This document shows, in pieces, positions 1-8,692 of a stretch of DNA of 24,725 bases. The translations under genes and the position numbers were made by a program. Under the pieces are notes generated by a model that did not search any database, was not told the origin of the DNA, and saw nothing but the letters and a program-made list of their open reading frames with translations. Numbering within the stretch: the first letter of the stretch is position 1; every line of letters starts with the position of its first letter. The stretch comes from a virus, in the IMG/VR virus record IMGVR_UViG_3300009653_000468, positions 1 to 24,725 of that record. One strand, 5' to 3'.

Positions 1-306
1 ATGGACAACTATACACCATGCAATGAAATCAAAGAACTACAAAAAGACATCCAAGAACTCAAAACAACCCTAAGAGAGAAAAACGTGAGAAACGGGTACA
101 CCAACACCAAAATCCAAAAACTTGAAGCAGCCGATGAAGACCTCACAGAAAAAATCACAGAAATGACCAAACAAATCATAAAACTCCAAAATGATGTCCA
201 ATCCACTAACAAACTTATACAAATCCTTTACAAGATTAACATCACTGTCATAATCTCTGTTTTCACAAGTTTAGCATTGTTAGCCTTGCGATTCTATTCA
301 ATATAG
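1..306 (+). CDS. Coiled-coil protein with a single C-terminal hydrophobic helix (possible holin-like membrane protein)
   Basis: Heptad-like charged N-terminus (IKELQKDIQELKTTL...IQKLEAADEDLTEKITEMTKQIIKLQNDV) followed by hydrophobic INITVIISVFTSLALLALRFY; starts at window base 1 so the upstream context is not visible. Confidence 0.5.
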   Translation: MDNYTPCNEIKELQKDIQELKTTLREKNVRNGYTNTKIQKLEAADEDLTEKITEMTKQIIKLQNDVQSTNKLIQILYKINITVIISVFTSLALLALRFYSI

Positions 307-313
307 ACCATCC

Positions 314-323
314 ATATATATAA
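314..323 (+). promoter_or_regulatory. Possible archaeal TATA box upstream of the packaging/late operon
   Basis: ATATATATAA in the short intergenic gap 307-368, about 45 nt before the likely TerS start. Confidence 0.35.
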
Positions 324-368
324 TGAACACAAAACCCCACCAAAAAAAGGGTAAAAACGGTGCATCCC

Positions 369-827
369 ATGAAAGAAGAAAGAAGACACATCGATGCATT
401 CGAATTATACTTCCAACTACGACAACAAGGAAAAGGAGTAAGGGATGCAGTTGCTATAGTGGCAAAAGAGCAAAATCGTAGTGAATCAACAATTTACACT
501 TGGAAAAGAGAATTTGACTGGGATAGTCGAGAGGCTGTTAGGGCCGCTGAGATCCGGAAAAAGGTGGAAGAAGAAATAGATGAAAGCATTACCGATGCAA
601 AGGTCAAATATCTCACCATTGTCAATTTAAGCCTTGATCAATACTTAGAGGATGTGAAAGAAGGCCGTAGGAAGCCTATTAAGATGACAAGCACGATGGA
701 CATTGAACGGTTTATCAAATTAGCGTTGCTTTTGATTGGGGAAAATACTGAAAGGGCTGAGGTAAACACTGGAGGACTGGATAGGCTTGCTGAAACCATC
801 CGAAGAAGTATCCAGAGAAAGGGGTGA
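369..827 (+). CDS. terS: Terminase small subunit (N-terminal HTH)
   Basis: HTH-like VRDAVAIVAKEQNRSESTIYTWKREFDW plus helical C-terminus, directly upstream of TerL. The ORF track starts at GTG 360, but GGTG at 359-362 fits an RBS for ATG 369. Confidence 0.8.
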   Translation: MKEERRHIDAFELYFQLRQQGKGVRDAVAIVAKEQNRSESTIYTWKREFDWDSREAVRAAEIRKKVEEEIDESITDAKVKYLTIVNLSLDQYLEDVKEGRRKPIKMTSTMDIERFIKLALLLIGENTERAEVNTGGLDRLAETIRRSIQRKG

Positions 828-2109
828 GTTCCAACTTGGAGAACTAAGCCCTAAGGCCCTTGATTTCCTCATTAACAGTGATGCACCAATCAATATAGCT
901 TATGGGGCTGTGAGATCATCTAAAACAACCACAGCCACGCTTAGATGGCTTCAATACATCGCTGAATCCCCACACAATGAATTTCTCCAAACCGGAAAAA
1001 CAAGAAGCACACTATACAGGAACGTGCTGAGAGATCAAATGAAGATGCTTAACGCCTTCAACATCGAGTATAACCATCTTAAATATGATGGGATCCTTGA
1101 AATCGAAGATAAAGTGATCTGGTTGGTTGGTTTCAGAGATGAACGTGTATCAGAGATTATTAGGGGGATGACTGTGGGTGGGTGGTACGGGGATGAAGTC
1201 ACCACATACCCCAAAACAGCCGTTGAACACGCCTTAGACCGTTGTAGCTTGAAGGACAGCAAGGTTTTCTGGACATTGAACCCATCCAGCCCTTACCATT
1301 ACATTTACACTGATTATATTTCGAATAAACGGTTACGGAAGAATGGTGATGTGAAGGTATGGCATTTCATGTTGGATGATAACCCACATCTTCCAAAATC
1401 GTACAAAGAACAAATAATAAGACGATACCCCCCAGGAACGGTTCAATACAAGCGAAAGGTGGAAGGATTATGGGTTGTTGCTGAAGGAATCATCTATGAC
1501 CACTTTGTTGAAGAACAACACACGTTCACAGACCCCCCATATGGGGGGTATGACTACTACGTGCTTTCTACAGACTATGGGATAAGCACAGTGACCGTAC
1601 ACGGCTTATTCGGGATAAAAAGCCGTGAAAGTGGAAATGAATACCACTTACTCCGTGAATACTACTATGATGCTGAGAGAATGGGAAAACAAAGAACTGA
1701 CGCAGAACACGTTGATGAAGCCCTAAAACTGTTAAATGGCTTGGATTTACACGCCTGGTTCATACCACACGATGCTGCCAGTTTAAGGGCAGAAGCACAA
1801 CGTAGAACCTACAAGAGCAGACCATTACCCGTTTACACCTACACCCCCAACACCATCGAAGATATCAGAGAAATTCAGAAGGTGATAGCTGAAAACCGTT
1901 TCATGATCCACACATCCTGTAAAAACAGTATACAGCAAGCACAGACCTATTCATGGGATAAGAAGGCCCAAGAAAAGGGAATAGACAAGCCCCTTAAGGA
2001 AAATGACCATTGCCCTGATATGTGGCGTGGTGCGATCATAGGAAGCCGTTACATCACCCAGAATCCTTATTCAACCACAAATAGAAGGTATAAGACTTAT
2101 AGAGGTTAA
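787..2109 (+). CDS. terL: Terminase large subunit (PBSX-like)
   Basis: Walker A YGAVRSSKT, Walker B GGWYGDEV, motif LNPSSPYH, RNase H-like nuclease VLSTDYG...NDHCPD. TTG start with GGAGG at 771-775; start position less certain than the call. Confidence 0.95.
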   Translation: MLKPSEEVSRERGEFQLGELSPKALDFLINSDAPINIAYGAVRSSKTTTATLRWLQYIAESPHNEFLQTGKTRSTLYRNVLRDQMKMLNAFNIEYNHLKYDGILEIEDKVIWLVGFRDERVSEIIRGMTVGGWYGDEVTTYPKTAVEHALDRCSLKDSKVFWTLNPSSPYHYIYTDYISNKRLRKNGDVKVWHFMLDDNPHLPKSYKEQIIRRYPPGTVQYKRKVEGLWVVAEGIIYDHFVEEQHTFTDPPYGGYDYYVLSTDYGISTVTVHGLFGIKSRESGNEYHLLREYYYDAERMGKQRTDAEHVDEALKLLNGLDLHAWFIPHDAASLRAEAQRRTYKSRPLPVYTYTPNTIEDIREIQKVIAENRFMIHTSCKNSIQQAQTYSWDKKAQEKGIDKPLKENDHCPDMWRGAIIGSRYITQNPYSTTNRRYKTYRG

Positions 2110-2113
2110 GAGT

Positions 2114-3463
2114 ATGGGGATCTTCGATAAAATAAAAGACATGTTGTTTTCGAAAGAAACAAAGCCCGTAACCCCCATCCCACGTGAATACCGCAAAGAA
2201 AGGGTTGAACGGGCTAAAAGCCTCACACTGGAACAAATTGAATACATAATGAGTGATACCCAAGTAGAAACAGCATACCACCTTTTCGAAAGCTTCCTAC
2301 TCTCAAGGAATATGATGCTACAAAAGACAAAAACAAGTGAAACAGATGATGAACTCCAAAGAACCGTTGAGGCCTTTGTAGAAGACATTTACAACCGTTT
2401 GAAGCTGATAGAGCACCGTTTAAGGCGTGATTTGTACACTGCGGTCTTGTATGGGTTTTCAGCACATGAAATCATATTCAAACAAACAGTCTTTGATGAT
2501 CGTGTTGTTATTACACTTGATGATCTTGTCCCTATTCATCCAAGCACGGTTTACTATGATGATTCTTTTGTGTATGATGATGATGGTGGGTTTGTAGGGT
2601 TAAAGCAGATTGTTAATCCGGTTTTTCCACGGTCTGGGGATGAAAAAGAGGTTTTGATCCCAGCTGATAAACTACTCTTATACTCCTTCAAATCCCATTT
2701 CGGGGATTTACGTGGTCGCAGCATCCTAACAGGGATCTATGATAATGTACAATTCAAAGAGGACACCATACGATGGCTTTTAATCTTTTTACAAAAACAT
2801 GAAAACCCAACCCTTGTTGGGAAGATATCCAACCCAGCACACAAAGAAGACCTCCTAAAAAGCCTTGAAATGATAGATGAAGGCCTCACCAAGATCACCG
2901 TAGGGAAAGAAGATGAAATACAACTTATTGAGTCAAATAAAGGTGGTGAGGCCTTCTTTGAATTCATCAAATACAATGACAACATCATACTCCGTCAATT
3001 CTTAATTGGAACCCTATTATTGGGTCAAAGTGATAAAAGCAGTGGTAGCTATGCACAATCACTTACACAAAGCAACATACTTCGGACAGCCCTTGAAGGG
3101 ATTCATAATGACATTGCCTTGAAAATTAACGAGATCATACGGCGGTTGGTTGAATACAATTTTGGTGAGGATGCTGTGAAATACACGCCAACAATCCGAT
3201 TTGAGTCATTCCAAGGCAGAGATACCATAGAATTGCTGAAAGTGCTTTCTCCATATGCTAATGCGATGTTGGTGGACACAGAATCAGAATGGTTCAAAAA
3301 GCTGATAGAATACAGCATACAAGACATAACAGGTGAGACAGTCCCCATTGGAGAAGATGAACATTTAGGGCCTTCCAATGAGTTAGAGAAGCTTCCAAGT
3401 TCTGAAATGGAAAATAGCATCCTTGATAAGATCAAAGAACACTTATATCATCGAAAAGATTGA
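2114..3463 (+). CDS. Portal protein (DUF935 / Mu gp29-like)
   Basis: 449 aa directly after TerL; LYGFSAHEII, GDLRGRSIL, and LLGQ...SGSYAQS resembling the DUF935 GSYA motif. Confidence 0.85.
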   Translation: MGIFDKIKDMLFSKETKPVTPIPREYRKERVERAKSLTLEQIEYIMSDTQVETAYHLFESFLLSRNMMLQKTKTSETDDELQRTVEAFVEDIYNRLKLIEHRLRRDLYTAVLYGFSAHEIIFKQTVFDDRVVITLDDLVPIHPSTVYYDDSFVYDDDGGFVGLKQIVNPVFPRSGDEKEVLIPADKLLLYSFKSHFGDLRGRSILTGIYDNVQFKEDTIRWLLIFLQKHENPTLVGKISNPAHKEDLLKSLEMIDEGLTKITVGKEDEIQLIESNKGGEAFFEFIKYNDNIILRQFLIGTLLLGQSDKSSGSYAQSLTQSNILRTALEGIHNDIALKINEIIRRLVEYNFGEDAVKYTPTIRFESFQGRDTIELLKVLSPYANAMLVDTESEWFKKLIEYSIQDITGETVPIGEDEHLGPSNELEKLPSSEMENSILDKIKEHLYHRKD

Positions 3464-3475
3464 GGATGAAGCAGC

Positions 3476-4192
3476 ATGGTGAAAAAAGAACTCCTACGTG
3501 TACGGGCTTCCACAAACCAGCTTGATCAACGCCTCAAAAAGCTGTTTAAGGAAGCTAAGGAGAAATGGGAAGATGAACTTTCACAAGCCACAAATGAAGA
3601 TGAATTCATCGAAAAAGTCTTCAACAAGGCAATGAACCCCATATACTCAGTTAAAGGCGTGGAAACAGTTATAGATGCAGCAGTAGCAGCATTTGAGCAA
3701 TATCACATGCCCCTTGGTATGAGGAAGGAATTATTCCAAGAAATACTGAAAAGCGACATCAGTGGGTACATGGCACGGGTGAATAGGGAAGTAGGTGACG
3801 ATATCTTGAAACAGATGACAAGGATGGTCTCTGAAAAGAAACCCTACACTGAAATGATCAAAGACCTGGGAAACCACTATGAATCTTTGGCATCATTCAG
3901 ATCAAGAACAATTGTGAGAACTGAGATGCTAAGGGCTGGGAACCTTGTAGAGTACCAACGTGGCTTGTTAAGTCCAATGAATCAATATTATCGTGTTATA
4001 AGCCATCCTAACTGTTGTGAGGAATGTGCTGAACGGTACGAGTATGGAAATGCTTTCTTTCCAGCTGATGACTATGACAGCATCCCACCACTTCACCCAA
4101 ATTGTCGATGTGTGATTGACTGGCCAAGCGTTACTGAATTGCCAGAAGACCTACAATCTAACGTTCTTGAGGTTATAGGGGCGATATTATGA
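3476..4192 (+). CDS. Head morphogenesis protein (SPP1 gp7 / Mu gpF-like)
   Basis: RSRTIVRTEMLRAGN, CCEEC and IPPLHPNCRC motifs typical of MuF proteins; follows the portal. Confidence 0.9.
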   Translation: MVKKELLRVRASTNQLDQRLKKLFKEAKEKWEDELSQATNEDEFIEKVFNKAMNPIYSVKGVETVIDAAVAAFEQYHMPLGMRKELFQEILKSDISGYMARVNREVGDDILKQMTRMVSEKKPYTEMIKDLGNHYESLASFRSRTIVRTEMLRAGNLVEYQRGLLSPMNQYYRVISHPNCCEECAERYEYGNAFFPADDYDSIPPLHPNCRCVIDWPSVTELPEDLQSNVLEVIGAIL

Positions 4193-5562
4193 TCCGGTTA
4201 AACCAAAAAGGGTATAAAAATGCGAGAAAACTGATAGAAGCAGAAGCCGGTAGGATAAACAAAGGGTCATGGGAAAAACCCAACCTGTCAGATTTCAAAA
4301 ACGTAGAAGAATACAGTTTGTATTGTCTTGGTGTTGACACAGAAGCAGATCCAGAAACGGCAGCAGCGTACTCCTACCCCTATGGGAAGAAAGGAGAAGT
4401 CTACATCGCAGCGTTACGTGCTATTAGATCGGCTGCTGCTGGTGGTAGGGGTGCACAGCCTAACAAGGAGATTTTTGAAGCTGCTGGAAGACTCCTTGAC
4501 CAAGCCAAATCAAAAGTTGAACAAAAAACCCAGAATACGATAAAAGTGGATGCTATTCTTTGGTCACCGGGTGTACTCCATCCAAGTGTTGATGGGGTCC
4601 CAACAAAGGTTTATGCTGATGCAGAATTGGCAGAGAACGTTTATGAATGTGTTAAATCGAAGATAGAGGAAGTTGGTGGTCTTCCCATCACTATAGATCA
4701 TCTGAATTTGAGTCAGTTGGAAATCTTGAAGGATATGGGTTATGGTGTGATTGGATGGATTACAAAGGTTGAATTGAGGAATAACCGTGTCTATGCTACT
4801 GAGATCGCATATGAAGGTGATGGGATCCCCAAATTGATTGAAAAAGGCCTATTGAAAGCTTTCAGTATAGAGGCCTTCACAAGCTTGAAACCCTTCGAGG
4901 ATGGTTTTAAGATTGTTAAATTTGAAGAAGTGACAGCCGCAAGCGTTGTTAGGACACCGGCTTGTCCATCATGCTTAGTTTATCGTATAGAGGCTTATAA
5001 TCGTTCCAAACATATGATGGATGTCTTTGTCAAGTTCATACCAACAATTAAAGGTGGTAATATGAAGGTAGATATGCAAAAAGAAGAACCAAAACCTTCC
5101 GAAGCAGCTGAAAAACCAGCTGGGGAAGGTGATGAAGCAAAAGCTGATGTTGAAACCACTGCTATGGTCATAGACCGTGTGAATGCCGTGGTTGAGGAGT
5201 TGACACAACTTATAAAGGACATACAAGAAAAACAACCAGAAGAAGTAAAATCAGAAGAAGGTGAAGAAAAACCAGAAAAAGGTGAAGACGGGGCTGTTAA
5301 AGCAGCAACAAGAGAACTAAAAGAGAAAGCAGCCGTAGCACAAGCAAAGAAGGTTGTTGAAGCCTATGTTGAACAAGGGAAAGTCAAACCAGCCGACATC
5401 GAAGCCCACGTAAAACTGGCAGCCAAAGACATAAAATCCTATCAGAAGGTCATGGAAGACTCTGAACCCTTAATCCAGATGGGTAGAATAAGTAAAAGCC
5501 ATGTAGAACAACCTAAAAAACCCTACACATATGAAGAATACCGTAGGAGGTTTTTCGAATAA
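4189..5562 (+). CDS. Prohead maturation protease fused to scaffold, with an extra N-terminal domain
   Basis: Central protease-like segment (PITIDH, GWI, AFSIE, AASVVRTPACPSC), acidic linker and charged helical C-terminus; located between MuF and the capsid genes; ATGA overlap with the upstream gene. Confidence 0.8.
   Translation: MIRLNQKGYKNARKLIEAEAGRINKGSWEKPNLSDFKNVEEYSLYCLGVDTEADPETAAAYSYPYGKKGEVYIAALRAIRSAAAGGRGAQPNKEIFEAAGRLLDQAKSKVEQKTQNTIKVDAILWSPGVLHPSVDGVPTKVYADAELAENVYECVKSKIEEVGGLPITIDHLNLSQLEILKDMGYGVIGWITKVELRNNRVYATEIAYEGDGIPKLIEKGLLKAFSIEAFTSLKPFEDGFKIVKFEEVTAASVVRTPACPSCLVYRIEAYNRSKHMMDVFVKFIPTIKGGNMKVDMQKEEPKPSEAAEKPAGEGDEAKADVETTAMVIDRVNAVVEELTQLIKDIQEKQPEEVKSEEGEEKPEKGEDGAVKAATRELKEKAAVAQAKKVVEAYVEQGKVKPADIEAHVKLAAKDIKSYQKVMEDSEPLIQMGRISKSHVEQPKKPYTYEEYRRRFFE
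5062..5562 (+). CDS. Putative nested scaffolding protein (internal in-frame start, 166 aa)
   Basis: AGGTGG at 5052-5057 followed by in-frame ATG at 5062, at the protease/acidic-scaffold boundary; parallels lambda C/Nu3 and Mu I/Z. Confidence 0.6.
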   Translation: MKVDMQKEEPKPSEAAEKPAGEGDEAKADVETTAMVIDRVNAVVEELTQLIKDIQEKQPEEVKSEEGEEKPEKGEDGAVKAATRELKEKAAVAQAKKVVEAYVEQGKVKPADIEAHVKLAAKDIKSYQKVMEDSEPLIQMGRISKSHVEQPKKPYTYEEYRRRFFE

Positions 5563-5590
5563 AAAAAAAAGCTGATAAAAAGGTGATAAT

Positions 5591-6085
5591 ATGGTAGAAG
5601 AACGCAACTATGGTGAATTAGGCCCTTCTGTGACCATGCAACTTAAAGAAGGTAATATGACCATTTCTGAGATTTCTACAGCGAGAGGCCTTGAAACGGG
5701 TGCTACTTTTACAAGTCAGATCAAAAAAGGAGATCTTGTTGCAATAGCCGGCGACATGCTCGTGGAAAAAGTCACAGCATCCACCACAGCCACAATCGTT
5801 GGTGTTGTGGAAGATGAACCACAATTCCAAGGACAAGAACCTACAGAATCAGCGACAGAGGGCGACTATGTACGTAGAATCGCAGCGGTACGATTATTTG
5901 GGGCTGCTGTGAGAACTGTTGAATTAGTATCCACTAATGCAGCAATAACACCCGGAGACCCCATAAAAAATACGGGTCAAAAATTTGATAAAGCTTCATC
6001 ATCAACTGATAAAATCGCACTTGAAAGTGCAAGCGCAAATTCTGGGGGTAAAATAGCAGTCCTATTTGGACATTACTATAAATGA
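5591..6085 (+). CDS. Head decoration / capsid cement protein
   Basis: 164 aa beta-rich, KKGDLVAIAG...IVGVV and ITPGDPI segments like DUF2190/gpD-type proteins; immediately before MCP; strong RBS AGGTGAT. Confidence 0.65.
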   Translation: MVEERNYGELGPSVTMQLKEGNMTISEISTARGLETGATFTSQIKKGDLVAIAGDMLVEKVTASTTATIVGVVEDEPQFQGQEPTESATEGDYVRRIAAVRLFGAAVRTVELVSTNAAITPGDPIKNTGQKFDKASSSTDKIALESASANSGGKIAVLFGHYYK

Positions 6086-6095
6086 GGTGATTTAG

Positions 6096-7013
6096 ATGGT
6101 AGATTTTACAACAACGGTACCAGCTGAGGCCCTTCTTCGAAAACACAACATGGAATACTATATAACTGAAAATGTGATACCACAAGTCCCATTCTTACAG
6201 ATATTGCCAACTGCTGAAAACCAGACTGGAGAGTTCACCAGTGTTGTTGAGTCCAACAATCCAGTACGTGACATACGAGAAGGGGATCAAGGAACCCCAG
6301 CTTTAGCATCTGAGGCTTCAGAACTCACCACAATACAATTGGTGGCTGGTAAAGTTGTATCTGGAAATACAGTGTCATATGGATACAGTCTTGCATACAC
6401 TGACAAAGATGCTGAAAGGAGTCAATTCACAGCCGATATAAAGCTTGCTACCCAAAAGATGATAGCAGGGTTTGCATATTTCCTAAACGATTACATTGCT
6501 GGGGAATTAGTGAGAACAGCACAGTTAGATGCCCCGGATGACATAAGTGATTGGGGTACATCTGAATACGATCCAAGGGCTGACTTTGTGAAGATCCGAA
6601 AAGCATACAAGGAAGAAACTGGCTTCTTCAGGGCAGATACTGTTATGCTGGCTTTAGATCCGTTCTACAAGCTACAAGAGTACCTTGTTTCCTTCGATAA
6701 GGAAGTGAATGAAGCAGAACTTTCAGTAGACGGAATGAGAATACAAAACGTTGGAGACGATATAGACGGTTCACATGACTTCATTGTCCTTGATTCCCAA
6801 GTTCCACCAGGCATCATCGAAAAATACGTTAATCCACGCTACTCAGCCCTATCCGGGCAACAAGCACCCGGCGTCCCACCAGCCCTAATCAACATCAATG
6901 AAGTGAAAGAAGACACATACCCACACCGAAACATCCTTGAACTCTGGGTAGATGTTGGGTATAATAGTAGAGAACCTTACAGTGTGATGACTGGTCAATT
7001 TGTCCAGTCCTAA
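6096..7013 (+). CDS. Major capsid protein (HK97 fold)
   Basis: 305 aa in the capsid position, RBS GAGGTGA; ...EASEL..., W....DP.ADF..I...Y segment typical of HK97-fold P domains. Confidence 0.85.
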   Translation: MVDFTTTVPAEALLRKHNMEYYITENVIPQVPFLQILPTAENQTGEFTSVVESNNPVRDIREGDQGTPALASEASELTTIQLVAGKVVSGNTVSYGYSLAYTDKDAERSQFTADIKLATQKMIAGFAYFLNDYIAGELVRTAQLDAPDDISDWGTSEYDPRADFVKIRKAYKEETGFFRADTVMLALDPFYKLQEYLVSFDKEVNEAELSVDGMRIQNVGDDIDGSHDFIVLDSQVPPGIIEKYVNPRYSALSGQQAPGVPPALININEVKEDTYPHRNILELWVDVGYNSREPYSVMTGQFVQS

Positions 7014-7029
7014 GCGGGTGTGATAAGCT

Positions 7030-7374
7030 ATGAGCTTCTTAGAAGACTTAAGAAAGAAAGGGGGGATCTCTAAACGCTTGTACCAGTATGTGAAGGGTAT
7101 AGAATCTTCCATTAGTGCTATCGAGTCAGATATTGATGCCATCGAAACAACCGTCGGAGAAAAAAGCACCGTTGCAATAATCGGCCCCCGTACCGGTACT
7201 GGTGGTTTAGAGACTGTTGAACATTCCCTTGGGGCCGTACCATCCAAAGTAGTACCAGTTTTTTCATCAGCACCAGATGGTGGGGTCACAGCAACATTAG
7301 GGGATATAAGTGATGAATCAATAGGGATAACGGTCACAGCATCAGCCGTTTACTATCTTATCCTTCTAAAATAA
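7030..7374 (+). CDS. Small virion protein, short coiled coil plus beta domain (possible head fibre)
   Basis: ISAIESDIDAIETTV coil followed by beta-rich C-terminus containing HSLGAVPS; located between MCP and the adaptor. Confidence 0.4.
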   Translation: MSFLEDLRKKGGISKRLYQYVKGIESSISAIESDIDAIETTVGEKSTVAIIGPRTGTGGLETVEHSLGAVPSKVVPVFSSAPDGGVTATLGDISDESIGITVTASAVYYLILLK

Positions 7375-7396
7375 GATGATGTGGTAGTGTAGAATC

Positions 7397-7792
7397 ATGA
7401 CTATTCAACCAGACCTTGAGAAAATCGAAGAAATCGTCAGCATCTACATCGAATCCCCATCCGAGACTTTGATTTCAAGCGTGGCTGAGAATGGGGTTCA
7501 AACAGCCCTTCAAAAGTTGAACACAGCCGGTTTTGGTGAGGATGACCTCACCCTAACAATGACAGCCTCCATAACAATCGCAGCTGAATACTACGCCATT
7601 TCTGAATTGATTCAAGCCCTATACAACGCTTCAGAAGGTGGGGACAAGCACGTTGAACATTACCTTGCAAGGGCTGACACGCTTGTATCAGCCGTTATAG
7701 AAGAACTGTCTAATCGGAAGGATGGGTATGGGAACCCTATTTCAGCAGTGAAGACTGTATATGAGTACAATACACGATACAGGACAAGATAA
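7397..7792 (+). CDS. Head-tail adaptor (connector) protein
   Basis: 131 aa, predominantly helical (AAEYYAISELIQALY...YLARADTLVSAVIEEL), first neck-gene position. Confidence 0.6.
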   Translation: MTIQPDLEKIEEIVSIYIESPSETLISSVAENGVQTALQKLNTAGFGEDDLTLTMTASITIAAEYYAISELIQALYNASEGGDKHVEHYLARADTLVSAVIEELSNRKDGYGNPISAVKTVYEYNTRYRTR

Positions 7793-7798
7793 TGGGGT

Positions 7799-8230
7799 GT
7801 GGTCACAATTCTGGAAATAGAAGCAGATACTTCAGTTCTTGCAGAACTTGCCGAGAAGGCTGTGAATATTAGACAAGCCCTTTCAATGGCTTTAGATGAC
7901 TTCATGCAAGCCTTAGAATCCACGGCTAAGGATTATGCACCCATAGTAACGGGGAATCTTCGAGCAAGTCACACAGTGTACCCCACGGGTGAATTGGAGA
8001 GAGTATTAACCGTTGACACCAACCAAGCCCCTTATGCCATTTTTGTCCATGAAGGAACTTCCCCGTATGTCATTGAACCAAAGAATGCCAGAGCATTGGC
8101 ATTTGATGGGATCTTCACCAAACGGGTGCACCATCCGGGTATAAGGCCTAATCCTTGGCTTAGGGATGCTATGGACTCAGTGAATGCAGTTGAACACATA
8201 GAAAGCTTCTTAGAAATGTTGCTGGGGTGA
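7799..8230 (+). CDS. HK97 gp10-like neck / tail completion protein
   Basis: AKDYAPIVTGNLRAS, YAIFVHEGT and HPGIRPNPWL motifs characteristic of this family. Confidence 0.85.
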   Translation: MVTILEIEADTSVLAELAEKAVNIRQALSMALDDFMQALESTAKDYAPIVTGNLRASHTVYPTGELERVLTVDTNQAPYAIFVHEGTSPYVIEPKNARALAFDGIFTKRVHHPGIRPNPWLRDAMDSVNAVEHIESFLEMLLG

Positions 8231-8664
8231 TTCAAGTGTCCTTTGACCATATAGGGCAAATCAGTTCCAAACTGCAAGAACTCCTTTCCAGTCTTTCCAT
8301 TTTTGATGAAGTGAGGATAGGGATCCCAGAATCCACAGTACAATTCAAAAACGCCGTTGCCACAGTTTACACAACTGGTGGCCGTTTTGATCAAACAATG
8401 GGACAATATAACATCCCCATAGAAGTGGAATCGGTGATATTTGCTGTGTATCGTGGAACCAAGCCCGCAACGTACTCAAAAGCGATAGAAGACCTTGTCA
8501 CAATCCTTAAAAAATTCAACACAGAAGAAGAATGGTATACTGTGAAGGGCACGACAAGGATGACAAAGGTTGATTCATTTCAACACATTCCAAGGGTGGT
8601 TGGGAAAGGATTCTACACCACAATCGTTTATAACTTAAAACATGATGTTAGAGAACCCTATTAA
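8227..8664 (+). CDS. Tail terminator protein
   Basis: 145 aa alpha/beta protein directly before the tail tube gene; GTGA overlap with the upstream gene. Assignment is mainly positional. Confidence 0.6.
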   Translation: MIQVSFDHIGQISSKLQELLSSLSIFDEVRIGIPESTVQFKNAVATVYTTGGRFDQTMGQYNIPIEVESVIFAVYRGTKPATYSKAIEDLVTILKKFNTEEEWYTVKGTTRMTKVDSFQHIPRVVGKGFYTTIVYNLKHDVREPY

Positions 8665-8692
8665 TGTAATAGGATTATGAGAGGTGAGTATT

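Noticed and set aside
787-2109. Intein or intron in the terminase
   Set aside because: 440 aa is a normal length and motif spacing is uninterrupted.
2071-3435. Several 75-110 aa minus-strand ORFs opposite the portal (and similar ones opposite other genes)
   Set aside because: All overlap well-supported plus-strand genes and show no family motifs.
3476-4192. Possible MuF polymorphic toxin
   Set aside because: The protein ends shortly after the HPNCRC motif; there is no C-terminal toxin extension or immunity gene.
6990-7030. Possible readthrough or frameshift extension of the major capsid protein into the next ORF
   Set aside because: TAA stop, no slippery run at the MCP end, and the next ORF has its own RBS-like GGGTGTG and ATG.
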